26,284 bases of DNA from Candidatus Dadabacteria bacterium (GCA_040289575.1 PSLL01000033.1:2300-28583); one strand, 5' to 3'. Positions 8,684 through 18,375 are shown, numbered from the stretch's first letter. Program-made: numbers and translations. Notes: generated by a model from the letters alone, not told the origin.

Positions 8684-9166
8684 ATGAAAACGATCTGGGC
8701 TCCTTGGCGAATCGAGTATCTAAAGGAGGAAAAAGAGGCGGGGTGCATATTCTGTAAGAAACCTAAAGAAAACAAGGATAGAGAAAACCTCATAATCTAT
8801 AGAGGCGAAACCGGATTTATCATTATGAACCGCTATCCTTATTCGAATGGCCATCTCATGGCAGTGCCATACAGGCACATAAAGGAACTCGAAGAACTCG
8901 ATGACCGAGAGAGATTAGAACTTATGAATCTTGTGATTAAATGCCTGGGGATTCTAGAGGCGCTTAAGCCCGATGGATCCAATATCGGAATGAATCTTGG
9001 TTGGGCCGCCGGGGCCGGAATTGATGACCATATCCATTTCCATATCGTTCCAAGATGGAGCGGGGATACAAACTTTATGCCGGTTATTGGAGATATAAAG
9101 GTTATGCCCGAATATCTGGGCGAAACCTATTTGAAGCTTATCGAACAGTTGAAATCGAAAGCGTAG
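8684..9166 (+). CDS. HIT-family hydrolase (Ap4A hydrolase/phosphorylase-like)
   Basis: IWAPWR, CIFC, NRYPYSNGH, GAGI and histidine triad HIHFHIVPRW. ATG 8684 is preferred over GTG 8663, which lies inside the repeat. Confidence 0.93.
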   Translation: MKTIWAPWRIEYLKEEKEAGCIFCKKPKENKDRENLIIYRGETGFIIMNRYPYSNGHLMAVPYRHIKELEELDDRERLELMNLVIKCLGILEALKPDGSNIGMNLGWAAGAGIDDHIHFHIVPRWSGDTNFMPVIGDIKVMPEYLGETYLKLIEQLKSKA

Positions 9167-9329
9167 TTCTTTCTCAAACATGAGGGTGCAAGTATCAGAA
9201 ATAGCAATTCAGAAAAGCAATTGACATAAAGAGATGCGGATGAAACAATAAAAGAGCAAAGCTTTAGCTTTATACATAATTCGTCTACATTCGTGACCAA
9301 TTAATTGAGGGCTTAAAAGGAGATGAGAG

Positions 9330-9671
9330 ATGAGATTCATAAAGATAGTTATATTGGCTATCTTCTTTATTCTGGTCCTTACGATTGTGTTTCAGAATCA
9401 AGAGGTCTTTACACACAAGTTTAATATAGGACTTGACGTTAAATTTTATCAAATAGGGCCTTATACAACATCCAACATAGTGCTTATTGCAACTGCATTT
9501 TTTGTCGGCGTAATCTTTGCGATTATCTGGGGTGCCTTTTATTCCGTGTCCATGAGAAATCGGATCAAAGAAAAGGAAAACAGAATAAAAGAGCTCGAAT
9601 TGCAAAGAAAAGAGATTCAAATCCCTAAATTCGACGAATCAGCACCCGTACAAGAAGCGGCGAAGAAGTGA
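9330..9671 (+). CDS. LapA/DUF1049-family small membrane protein
   Basis: TM-FQNQE-loop-TM-basic coiled-coil architecture; AGGAG SD; position after HIT. Confidence 0.75.
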   Translation: MRFIKIVILAIFFILVLTIVFQNQEVFTHKFNIGLDVKFYQIGPYTTSNIVLIATAFFVGVIFAIIWGAFYSVSMRNRIKEKENRIKELELQRKEIQIPKFDESAPVQEAAKK

Positions 9672-9801
9672 TATATTGACCGGACTCATATAATAATTTT
9701 AAGGATTGCCTGCACCCTAAGATACTATCAATCAATAGAATCGAAAAAACTTTTCAAGCATCTAAGTATTATAGTTAGAAGGGTGATTAATTAGGGAAAT
9801 A

Positions 9802-9860
9802 GGTAATTTTTCATTATTTAAAAATTACCCCTTGACATTTAAAGTAAAATACTTTATTTT
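9802..9860 (+). promoter_or_regulatory. Putative sigma70 promoter with upstream palindrome
   Basis: GGTAATTTTT-N8-AAAAATTACC (9802-9829), then TTGACA (9832-9837)-17 bp-TATTTT (9855-9860). Confidence 0.5.
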
Positions 9861-9865
9861 TATAT

Positions 9866-9963
9866 TAGAAATTAATAAATAAACTTAATTTTAATGTCAT
9901 CCTCCATCCTCCTTTAAGAAGGTGGGGAACCCTAAAATTAGGGTTCCCCACTTAATTTTTTTT
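9866..9963 (+). ncRNA. Candidate ~100-nt small RNA with tandem CCUCC motifs
   Basis: Lies between the predicted promoter and an intrinsic terminator, has no convincing plus-strand ORF, and contains CATCCTCCATCCTCCT (9898-9913). Confidence 0.4.
9922..9963 (+). terminator. Rho-independent terminator
   Basis: Perfect 14-bp inverted repeat GTGGGGAACCCTAA / TTAGGGTTCCCCAC followed by TTAATTTTTTTT. Confidence 0.85.
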
Positions 9964-9990
9964 AGACCTATATATTTCTTGTGTGGGTAT

Positions 9991-10028
9991 TGTGTAAATG
10001 TACACACTCAATAGTGTATTATTACACA
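9991..10028. promoter_or_regulatory. Tandem palindromic activator sites (WGTGT-N6-ACACA)
   Basis: TGTGTAAATGTACACA (9991-10006) and AGTGTATTATTACACA (10013-10028), 22 bp apart and ~70-110 bp upstream of a -24/-12 element. Confidence 0.55.
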
Positions 10029-10098
10029 TTTAGAGATATTTCTATACTTCTTAGATTATAACCTTCCGTAAATATTAGAGACTAAAAAACATGAAACC

Positions 10099-10115
10099 CT
10101 GGTATAAACATTGCT
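10099..10115 (+). promoter_or_regulatory. Sigma54 (-24/-12) promoter
   Basis: CTGGTATAAACATTGCT has GG-N10-GC spacing and matches the TGGCAC-N5-TTGCW consensus. Confidence 0.65.
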
Positions 10116-10267
10116 TATATAAATATGGGTTTACTAGGGGGGAAACGAAAGAGCAGATGAATTCTTAAAATCTACTCCCCTTTATTAAGCCTCGAAAAAC
10201 CCAAGGCTTCTCGTAAAGAACCTCAAATAGGCCCAGCAGCACCAAATAAAAACCCAGGAGGCCCACT

Positions 10268-10996
10268 ATGCTAAGGAGAATTTACACCACCTTTACCTTT
10301 TCTCTATTTGGGTTTTTTAAAGCGTCCTTTTTTATTTCCCTACTCTACCTTTTCATCTTTTTGGTTATGAAATCCGAGCATGTATTGTACGTAGAGAGTA
10401 TCAAAACACTGAGCGTCCTAAGTAGTCCCGTAATAAGAGCACAGAATCGAGAACTCATTTACCCAGATACTAAAGAGGTCAAAATCAGCCTCGAGGACTT
10501 GATAAAAGAAACCGATATCCTTAAATACGTACTCAAGTTCTCCAGCCAATTATCCTACTCTGATGCCCTTAGACTCTCTAAGCTCATAAAAGAAGAATGC
10601 GAAAACTATGGACTCGATCCCTTTCTTATACTAGCTGTAATTAAGGTTGAAAGCGAATTCTCCCCTAAAGCCATATCTCCTACAGGTGCGATAGGGCTTA
10701 TGCAGATTACACCTGAGACTGCAGAATTTATAGCGGGAGAATTGGGGGTCTCTATTGATGGAGCCAAATCCCTTTACAATCCATTAATCAATGTTAGGTT
10801 TGGAATCTACTATATATCTTTTCTAATCAATCGCTTTAAAACAGTTGAATGGGCGCTTGCCGCCTACAATGCCGGACCAAACAGTTTCTCAAATACTCAG
10901 GAGAATTTTGGAAAACGGCTTCCGGTCTATGTAAAGAAAGTGATTAGTTTGAAAAATTGGCTTGAAGCGAGAAGAATAGCAGCAGAAGAGAGTTAA
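10268..10996 (+). CDS. Membrane-anchored lytic transglycosylase (SLT domain)
   Basis: N-terminal TM; LILAVIKVESEF (catalytic Glu), GAIGLMQI and ALAAYNAG motifs; AGGAGG SD. Confidence 0.93.
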   Translation: MLRRIYTTFTFSLFGFFKASFFISLLYLFIFLVMKSEHVLYVESIKTLSVLSSPVIRAQNRELIYPDTKEVKISLEDLIKETDILKYVLKFSSQLSYSDALRLSKLIKEECENYGLDPFLILAVIKVESEFSPKAISPTGAIGLMQITPETAEFIAGELGVSIDGAKSLYNPLINVRFGIYYISFLINRFKTVEWALAAYNAGPNSFSNTQENFGKRLPVYVKKVISLKNWLEARRIAAEES

Positions 10997-11019
10997 CAGA
11001 AGAAACTAAAATTATGGAA

Positions 11020-12834
11020 TTATTCATGTCCCCTGGAGCGAGACAATTGCGCACGCTTCCGGTCAAGTGCCATCTTGAAGACGCGAAGCGTGTTTAATTC
11101 GATAATATTCTTTCCCCGTGTCATATTTTGACCATGCCTTCTGACCAACAATGTAACATCTTCTATTCGTTTAATCTTAATGTTTAATTCTTTAGCACGG
11201 TTAAACCAGTCGTGGTCTTCACCAAATATGAGTGTATTATCGAAAAGCCCTACTTTTGTAAAAACCGATTTTCGATAAACACCCGCTCCTATGTAATATC
11301 GGAAGGATTCCTTTGGATTTCCGATGTATTCGTATTTGTTATTTTGGGGATTCATTTTCATCAGTTGCGCGTAACCATGGATCACTTCAATTTCGGGATC
11401 ACATAATAACTCACCAATTAGAAAATTTAAATTATTATCAGGCCAAAGATCGTCAACGTCCAAAAAAGCAATAAACTCGCCCGAAGCATCTTTGATTCCA
11501 CGATTTCGTGCAGAGGCCGGCCCTCCGTTTTCTTGTTTAAAATAACGAATATCACATGGAAGTTGCAGAATTATCTCTTCCGTTTTGTCTGTTGAGCCAT
11601 CATCCACAATGATCAGTTCAAGAGCGGGATAATTTTGAGAAAGGACGTTTTCCACAGCTTCATTGATGAAACGCTCTCCGTTAAGAACAGGAATTATAAC
11701 ACTGACTAGTGGCTTTTTACTGGAGTCAACAGTATTATCATGACCATGAAAATCAGTGTGATGGGTCAACCGATAATTTGGTGACCCTTTTAGAAAATCC
11801 AAAATTGCCAATGGAATCTTTTTCAAATCTCCCCCCAGTTCAAGAGTATAACCAGGTAAAGTTGAAGACAACCGACAGATAAAATCGTGTGTGTGACGGC
11901 CGACATATGGCAGTTGAGACATTGTGGTGAACGAAGTGACACGCTGAATTTTCCAGCTCGGCTCAGGCATAAGCCTACTCCCATCCAGATTAACAACCTG
12001 GGGTATCAAAATAGCTTTTAATGGCATCGCCGGAGCGATTTGTTTTCCGAATTGTGGATAGAGAAACATGACTGCTTTTTCCCGATCCAACCTTTGGGGA
12101 TTTTTTATCAATTTGGAGAATTCAGGAAAATTTACCATATGATCCACATTTAATTTTGCGGTGCAGTATAAGCTGTATACAAGTGGCTCCGGTTCCAGAC
12201 GAACAATAAGGTAGTCATCTGCAAGATAATACAGGCCTGCCTGTAGGCAGGATAAAGCGGTAGTGGATTTACCAATGCCACCCTTCCCGGTAATCAGCAC
12301 CGCCCCTTCTTCCGTTCCAATTGCTGCTGCGTGGAGAAGTTGGCATCCATTCTTCTCCATCCACCAGTGGAATAGTGTACGCAGAGGGGAAGCATGTACC
12401 CAATACGGTAATGTCTCGGCTTTCTGAACCCAGTAAATACCGGTTTTTGTTAAATGATCCATAAGATTAACCGAACACTCAATCCAGTGAAATGCGGTCT
12501 TAATGTGACTACTGTTAAACCCCCATATATCTCCCCTGTCCGTAAAACTCTCCCTATTACAAGGAGGAGGAACCATATCTACAGACGTAGAATCACTATC
12601 CCAAATGCAAAGCGTGAGGTCGGGAAGATTAACCTCTGGTATGCGGAGATGTTCCAGAGCCGGAGTGAGATGCGAAACCAGATTTTCTCCTGCGAATATC
12701 AGGCGAACGGTTGTTCCACCTATTTTATAGAAATGATGGAACTCCCCTGCGGATTCCTTTGCCTTCAGAAATCTTTTGTAACACCTTTCAAAAAAGTCTA
12801 TCTGTTCGGACTCAGTTTTTTGTATTCTGTCCAT
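11020..12834 (-). CDS. HprK-related P-loop kinase fused to a C-terminal GT2 glycosyltransferase
   Basis: LLHAAAI...LITGKGGIGKSTT...YLADDY (HPr-kinase-like); from about residue 375 [27 protein letters not shown] and GEDHDW (GT-A fold GT2). Confidence 0.88.
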   Translation of the reverse strand: MDRIQKTESEQIDFFERCYKRFLKAKESAGEFHHFYKIGGTTVRLIFAGENLVSHLTPALEHLRIPEVNLPDLTLCIWDSDSTSVDMVPPPCNRESFTDRGDIWGFNSSHIKTAFHWIECSVNLMDHLTKTGIYWVQKAETLPYWVHASPLRTLFHWWMEKNGCQLLHAAAIGTEEGAVLITGKGGIGKSTTALSCLQAGLYYLADDYLIVRLEPEPLVYSLYCTAKLNVDHMVNFPEFSKLIKNPQRLDREKAVMFLYPQFGKQIAPAMPLKAILIPQVVNLDGSRLMPEPSWKIQRVTSFTTMSQLPYVGRHTHDFICRLSSTLPGYTLELGGDLKKIPLAILDFLKGSPNYRLTHHTDFHGHDNTVDSSKKPLVSVIIPVLNGERFINEAVENVLSQNYPALELIIVDDGSTDKTEEIILQLPCDIRYFKQENGGPASARNRGIKDASGEFIAFLDVDDLWPDNNLNFLIGELLCDPEIEVIHGYAQLMKMNPQNNKYEYIGNPKESFRYYIGAGVYRKSVFTKVGLFDNTLIFGEDHDWFNRAKELNIKIKRIEDVTLLVRRHGQNMTRGKNIIELNTLRVFKMALDRKRAQLSRSRGHE

Positions 12835-12981
12835 TGATCATGAAACCCATTCATATCAATCAACACAAACAAACTCGAAAAAAATTTAATTGATCCGGTT
12901 TAAAAGCATTGATCAGTTAAAACTACCACCTAAGAATAGGGTTTTTTACCTCCATCTATAATTCGCAAGGCATATGCGCTT

Positions 12982-14690
12982 CTATGCCACAACTGTGACA
13001 GGTAAATAGGGCGTTAGAACCCCATTTTCTAATTGGTAGACTTCATCAGCATGGGAGACTATAGACATATCATGGCTAATTATCAAAACCGCCGGGCAAT
13101 CGTCCAAGTCGGTGAGGTTATTCATTAACTGTCTTACTGCGGCTCTATCGAGATGGTTTGTTGGTTCATCAAGGATGAGCAGCTTGGGACAGCGAAGGAG
13201 GGCACGGGCGATTGCTATGCGCTGACACTCACCGCCCGATAGCAGAACTCCGTCTTCTCCTACTTGTGTATCGTATCCTTCGGGCAGTTGTTGGATAAAT
13301 TCATCGGCTAGAGCAAGCCTGGAAGCACGAATTATTTGCTGCCTTTCAAGAATCGGTGCTCCATACCCAATATTTTCAAGAATCGTTCCAGAAAACAGCG
13401 TGGGATTCTGCATTACAACTCCAATAGAACGTCGCAAGTGCGCAATGTCCAACTCCTCGTATGGTACTTTATCAGCGTAAAGATGGCCATCACATGGACG
13501 ATAAAAACCCAAAATAAGCTTAATGATGGTGCTCTTGCCTGCACCATTTGGTCCGATGATTGCCAAGGTAGAATCTGGATTAACGACGAGATTGAGATTC
13601 CGGAGTATAGATTGATCATCATAACTAAATGAAACGGACTCAAGAGAAAGAGAGCCTTTAAACTGTATCTTTTTTTTGCCACGATACGGCTCAGTCTCTT
13701 CAGTTTGCACCAAATTATACAAAGTAACCACAGATTCATTTCCAGCAACAATATCGGTAATTGAAGAAGTTATATTGTTCAATTGACTATAGAGGAAACC
13801 AGCCGCCACATAAAAAGATAGTAATTCCCCAATGGTCATAGAACTCCTCGCTATGGTGCCCCCCCAACTATAATAATAAGGATCCCAGAGATTCCAGTCA
13901 GAATTTGTTGAATCTGACCATTAATGGCATATATATAAGCCATCCTTTTGGTAGTGTTCTGAAGCCTTTCTATATTTTTAGTCTGACGTTCAATCTCTGC
14001 CCGTTCAGTCGACTGAATTTTGGTCAATTCCATGTGACGTAACACAAAAAGTATTCCTTTACTGAACACCTCGAAAGCTCGCTGAAAGACACGTACCCTT
14101 TCCTTGACCATAACACCGATATACCTATTTGTTAGAAAAACCACCGGAAAGATTGAACCCATCACCAAAAAGAGGGTCCAATTAAAATAAAACAAAACGA
14201 AGCACAGCCCCAAACTGGTAAAAAGCGATGGTAGGAGCTTCGATACAAGGGCATCACTCACGTTACTGAGCCTTTCAGTATCCTGAACGATCCTTGCGTG
14301 CAGTGTTTTCTGATCGACTCCGGTATGAAAAGCCCGGGAGAAATCGTAGAGCTTTCTTAAAATATCCACACGCAAATTAAAGATGGCTGTTTGGATGATA
14401 TTGATATTTACCGCACGCAACCCCAGGGAAATTCCGGAGTTTGCAAGTCGAAATGCGAAAATGCCTAGCCCAATGATTATAAGGAGATTAACATCCTTTT
14501 GAGGTATCACCTTATCAAATGCAAAACGAACAAGGAAAAGGGTGGGTAGAATTAGCAATGATTGGGCGGCCGAGCCAACGGCGTTTAATAGGAGAAGCCT
14601 GTACTGGCCTTGGTAAAACTTAATGAAATAGCGCCACGCGGGCAAATAAAAAAAAGACTTGTGTGATTCCTGACCGTTAGATTTATTCAT
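12982..14690 (-). pseudogene. ABC exporter (TMD+NBD) split by a frameshift at a G7 tract
   Basis: TMD ORF 14690-13851 and NBD ORF 13839-12982 (GPNGAGKST, LSGGECQR, LILDEPT) are in different frames. One extra G in the tract at 13859-13865 gives IIIVGGGTIARSSMTIGELLSF, a continuous exporter. Could be a sequencing error. Confidence 0.85.
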
Positions 14691-14693
14691 AAC

Positions 14694-15854
14694 TCAGCTT
14701 TTAGTTCCATCAGTAATCATCTTCGATAACAGCTTTTTATTCGTCCTTCTAATACCAGCTGATAAAATCAAAAATAAAAGTTGACGTAAGTTCCTCGCGT
14801 TAAATCGATATTGAAAAAATTTTGGAAATTCAACTACTGATGGTAATAATCCCGTACCATTAGTTAAACGTAGATACTCTATAAGGTAGAGAGGAAATCC
14901 ACCCAGAAGTGCATTTTCTTGGCTATTCATAATATAACGGTATTCAAAACGTTCAACCGGCGATACCGGAATATCGTTGACCTCAGCCATAACCGAACTT
15001 GGTATACGCGCTTGAAATTTATCCTTCAAATAATTCAACGCTCTTTTTAGTCTCAATCCCACCCGGTGCGTTTTTGCCTGTTCGATTAATCGCCTCCAAT
15101 CAATCTCTAAATCCGAGTAATTTATAACCGTCATAGCATCGGCAATCCAACGGATGGATGGTTCCGGATTCCATCTAACTCCATGAATAATGATATGTAA
15201 AAGTGTATCAACTGGGTTTAGGGCAGAAGTAGAAACGCCGCATACCGCCGTAGGTACGGAACCTTCCCAAAAATCCCTGTCAGAATCCTCCCGGCAGGAC
15301 TCGAATAAAAGATGCCAATGGAGATCGAATTCCTTCCCGGATTGGTTTTTGAACTCTGTGGAATGCCGATAACGTAGATCTTTCTCTATTGACTTGGTCG
15401 TTGACATCCAACCTGCTTTCCTAAGCAAATCAATGGCTGATGAAGCCTGCGAGGTAGGAACGAGGATGTCAATATCTGCCATAGGGCGAACACCATAGTT
15501 CTTGTAATAGAGTAATGTCAATGCGGTACCTTTAAGTACCATGGTTTTTATGCCGGCATTGTGAAGGTAACGCAGAATTTCGCTCATATCATAAAATAAT
15601 TTCTGATTCTCATACCATACTAATCGGTAGACTCCTTTTAGTCTGTTCATTAAAGGATCTCTCACTCCATGATGTTGTAAGTTCTTATACAGTAGCGGTA
15701 GCAACCGAAACGATCCTCTATCCATATGACCCTCAAAATCAGTAATACTTTTCCACTTCTCCCAGGCTTCAATTGCATCACTACCTTCTAAAAGTGCCGC
15801 CTGAAGAAGCAACTCTTGGTCTCTTGTCGCAAAAAAACCCTCACGCCATTCCAT
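14694..15854 (-). CDS. Nucleotidyltransferase, NTP_transf_5-like (family found in lasso/PqqD-associated clusters)
   Basis: VLKGTAL...YGVRPMADIDILV, FDLHW, LLHIIIHG and RWIAD motifs. Confidence 0.88.
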   Translation of the reverse strand: MEWREGFFATRDQELLLQAALLEGSDAIEAWEKWKSITDFEGHMDRGSFRLLPLLYKNLQHHGVRDPLMNRLKGVYRLVWYENQKLFYDMSEILRYLHNAGIKTMVLKGTALTLLYYKNYGVRPMADIDILVPTSQASSAIDLLRKAGWMSTTKSIEKDLRYRHSTEFKNQSGKEFDLHWHLLFESCREDSDRDFWEGSVPTAVCGVSTSALNPVDTLLHIIIHGVRWNPEPSIRWIADAMTVINYSDLEIDWRRLIEQAKTHRVGLRLKRALNYLKDKFQARIPSSVMAEVNDIPVSPVERFEYRYIMNSQENALLGGFPLYLIEYLRLTNGTGLLPSVVEFPKFFQYRFNARNLRQLLFLILSAGIRRTNKKLLSKMITDGTKS

Positions 15855-15897
15855 TTGCAGTTCTCCAAAACTTTTAGTGATTTTTCAACTCAGATCC

Positions 15898-16598
15898 CTA
15901 TTCATATTGGTTCCTCACTCTACGGCGGCGATCAAGAGAGGCTTTCAAGATGCGTATGTAGTCCGTTTGAGATTTACGCTCACGGATAACGGTATTCGTG
16001 TTATGTAATCGTCTTTTCAAGACGACCTCAGGCATCATAAGACTTTTCAAATCCCGTTCCACTGCTTTTAAATACCAGTCAATAAATTCTCCCACTTGCC
16101 ACCTGGTTTCAAATGGACCCACACGAAGAAAAGCGTTTCGTCTAATGAGCATTGCGCCAGTAACATATCCCAGCATCAATTCATCAGGGCAGTTTATTTT
16201 TTTTGCTATACCCTCATCCAGCTCCAGACTAATAAACTGCCTCACGTGTCCGAATACTATGTCCAAATCGGGATAATTTTCAAGAATAGCCATCTGACGC
16301 GCTAGTTTATCTTCCACCCACAGATCGTCCGCATCGAGAAAAGCAAGGAATTTTCCTTGAGATAAATCTATCCCCCGATTTCGAGCGGCACCAATACCAC
16401 CATGGGACCGGAAACAATATCGCACAGAATCAACCCCCCCCTGGCTATATCTGCACTCCCATCCGTTGAACCATCGTCTACCACAACCACCTCGATTGGG
16501 CGATAAGTTTGGGCCAATACGCTTTCAATGGCCTCAGCCAGATACTTCTCACAGTTGTATACAGGTATAATCACACTCACCAGAAATTTATTTGTCAT
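15898..16598 (-). pseudogene. GT2 glycosyltransferase split by a frameshift at a G8 tract
   Basis: N-part (VSVIIPVYN...VDDGSTD) and C-part (GAARNRG, FLDADD, GEFIDW) are in different frames. The junction is the C8 run at 16434-16441; G9 or G6 restores the frame. Confidence 0.85.
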
Positions 16599-16852
16599 TA
16601 TCTTTATTTTTGATACTGTTTACCTTCGTTTTCTGATTGCGTTTACGGTCAGCGGAAAGGGAATAGGAATATTCATCCGCCTCAAGAAATGCAATGACCT
16701 CCCCTTGAGCAGCTGTGATACCAACATTACTGGCCACCGCGACGCCTTGATTAGATTGGTAAATATAATGAACCTCTTTAAAAGATCGGGCTATATTACC
16801 GCTGTTATCTGTAGAGCCGTCATCATGCTTTAATTGTAGATTGTAGCCTCAT
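16588..16852 (-). pseudogene. Internally deleted GT2 remnant
   Basis: Frame 16827->16588 reads HDDGSTDNSGNIARSFKEVHYIYQSNQGVAVASNVGITAAQGEVIAFLEADE-YSYSLSADRKRNQK...*. No in-frame start; the upstream ATG 16852 (MRLQSTIKA*) is out of frame. Confidence 0.8.
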
Positions 16853-16885
16853 ATCTATCAACGGCCTCTCTTTTTTGCAAAATCG

Positions 16886-17578
16886 TTACCTTTCGGTATT
16901 ACTTTCTATCTGCCGTTTGATTGACTGTCGCATTGCTCGCAGGAGTTGACGATCATTGTCTTTTGCATTTAACGACGCATTAGAAGCGTGAACCCGCTTA
17001 TGTACCAATACTTCAGGTATAATCGCCATCGGTATTTTTTTATCTTTGGCTCTGGCAAACCAATCAACATCCTCGGCTGTCAAATATGAAGTATCGAAAT
17101 TTCCAATCAAATCAAATAATGATTTGCGTGCGACCAAAGTCTCCATTATGTAGCCTACACATTCTCTTTCCAATAGTTCTTTCCTGAATCCCAGTGGTAT
17201 AGACTGTCCGGGTTCCAAAAAATGCCTAACCTTAGTAACTGTATACTGAATCAGCGGATTGCGAACCATATAACCTACTTGGGTACTCAATTTATGTGGC
17301 TCCCATATATCATCATGAGAAATAAAGGCAATAAACTCACCCCTTGAAGATTCTACACCAAGATTATAAGCGTCCGCAATTCCTCGATTAACTTGTCTGA
17401 CAAACCGTACAATTGGAAATGATTTGGCAATCCGTTCGGTACCGTCAACCGAATTACCATCGACTACAATGATCTCCAAGGGTCGCTTATCAGACGCTAA
17501 GACGCTATTTATCGCTGAAGCAATGAAACGCTCCCCATTTTTAACAGCGAGAATAACAGATATTGTTGGCTCATTCAT
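16886..17578 (-). CDS. GT2 glycosyltransferase
   Basis: ISVILAVKNG, VDGNSVD, AYNLG, FISHDD and AEDVDW motifs; likely start ATG 17578. Confidence 0.9.
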   Translation of the reverse strand: MNEPTISVILAVKNGERFIASAINSVLASDKRPLEIIVVDGNSVDGTERIAKSFPIVRFVRQVNRGIADAYNLGVESSRGEFIAFISHDDIWEPHKLSTQVGYMVRNPLIQYTVTKVRHFLEPGQSIPLGFRKELLERECVGYIMETLVARKSLFDLIGNFDTSYLTAEDVDWFARAKDKKIPMAIIPEVLVHKRVHASNASLNAKDNDRQLLRAMRQSIKRQIESNTER

Positions 17579-17607
17579 GGGCAGCCCATTTCTCTTTATC
17601 AGAGGGT

Positions 17608-18375
17608 CTATCGTGGGGTTTTTGTAAATTCCACACCCGCTCTCCACAATTCATCAAATTCAAACCAGTTAGAAAGCTTTCTTATATTTTCTTGTTTGCG
17701 CCTGCGATCCAAAGATTTCTTAAGAGCCTTAAACATGTATTTCTTGCCTAGATTTTCATTGTGGCTCATATTCTGTGCGTGCACACGGTAATAAAGCGTA
17801 ATCTCCTTCAAAATCGTGATCGAAACATCTAATTCTCTAGCGCGCAAAAACCAATCATGATCTTCCCAATGTAGAAGCGATTCATCAAACATTCCAACCC
17901 TATCGAATACAGATTTTTTAAACAAGCCGCTTCCTAGATGAACATTGGCTAATATATTTTCCGGCCCCCGGAATTTGATATTAATATCCGGAGCGCCCGG
18001 CATCTTTATATACTGAATACGGCCCATAACAACATCCAATGCCGGGTCTTCAATCAAGCGATTTAGTTGAATATTCAACTTGTTATCTGGCCAAAGATCG
18101 TCGGCATCCAAGAAACCTATGATTTCCCCACGCGCCATTTTAAGACCGGTATTTCGGGCTGAGGCCGGGCCGCTATTGCTTTGATAAATATAGCGTATGT
18201 CTTCGCCCATGCTCGCAGCTACTTTAGCCGTATCATCCGTTGATCCATCATCAACGATAATGACTTCCAAGGGGTTATATCTCTGATAGAGGATGCTTTC
18301 TACTGCCTCGCATAGAAACCTCGCCCCATTGTAAACGGGCACAATAACGCTAATAAAGAGTCTTGTAAATGTCAT
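17608..18375 (-). CDS. GT2 glycosyltransferase
   Basis: ISVIVPVYNG, VDDGSTD, ASARNTG, FLDADD and EDHDW motifs; likely start ATG 18375, since the longer ORF overlaps the upstream gene. Confidence 0.92.
   Translation of the reverse strand: MTFTRLFISVIVPVYNGARFLCEAVESILYQRYNPLEVIIVDDGSTDDTAKVAASMGEDIRYIYQSNSGPASARNTGLKMARGEIIGFLDADDLWPDNKLNIQLNRLIEDPALDVVMGRIQYIKMPGAPDINIKFRGPENILANVHLGSGLFKKSVFDRVGMFDESLLHWEDHDWFLRARELDVSITILKEITLYYRVHAQNMSHNENLGKKYMFKALKKSLDRRRKQENIRKLSNWFEFDELWRAGVEFTKTPR

Noticed and set aside
12835..12925. Several TTGATC half-sites resembling FNR boxes
   Set aside because: None has the matching ATCAA half at the correct spacing.
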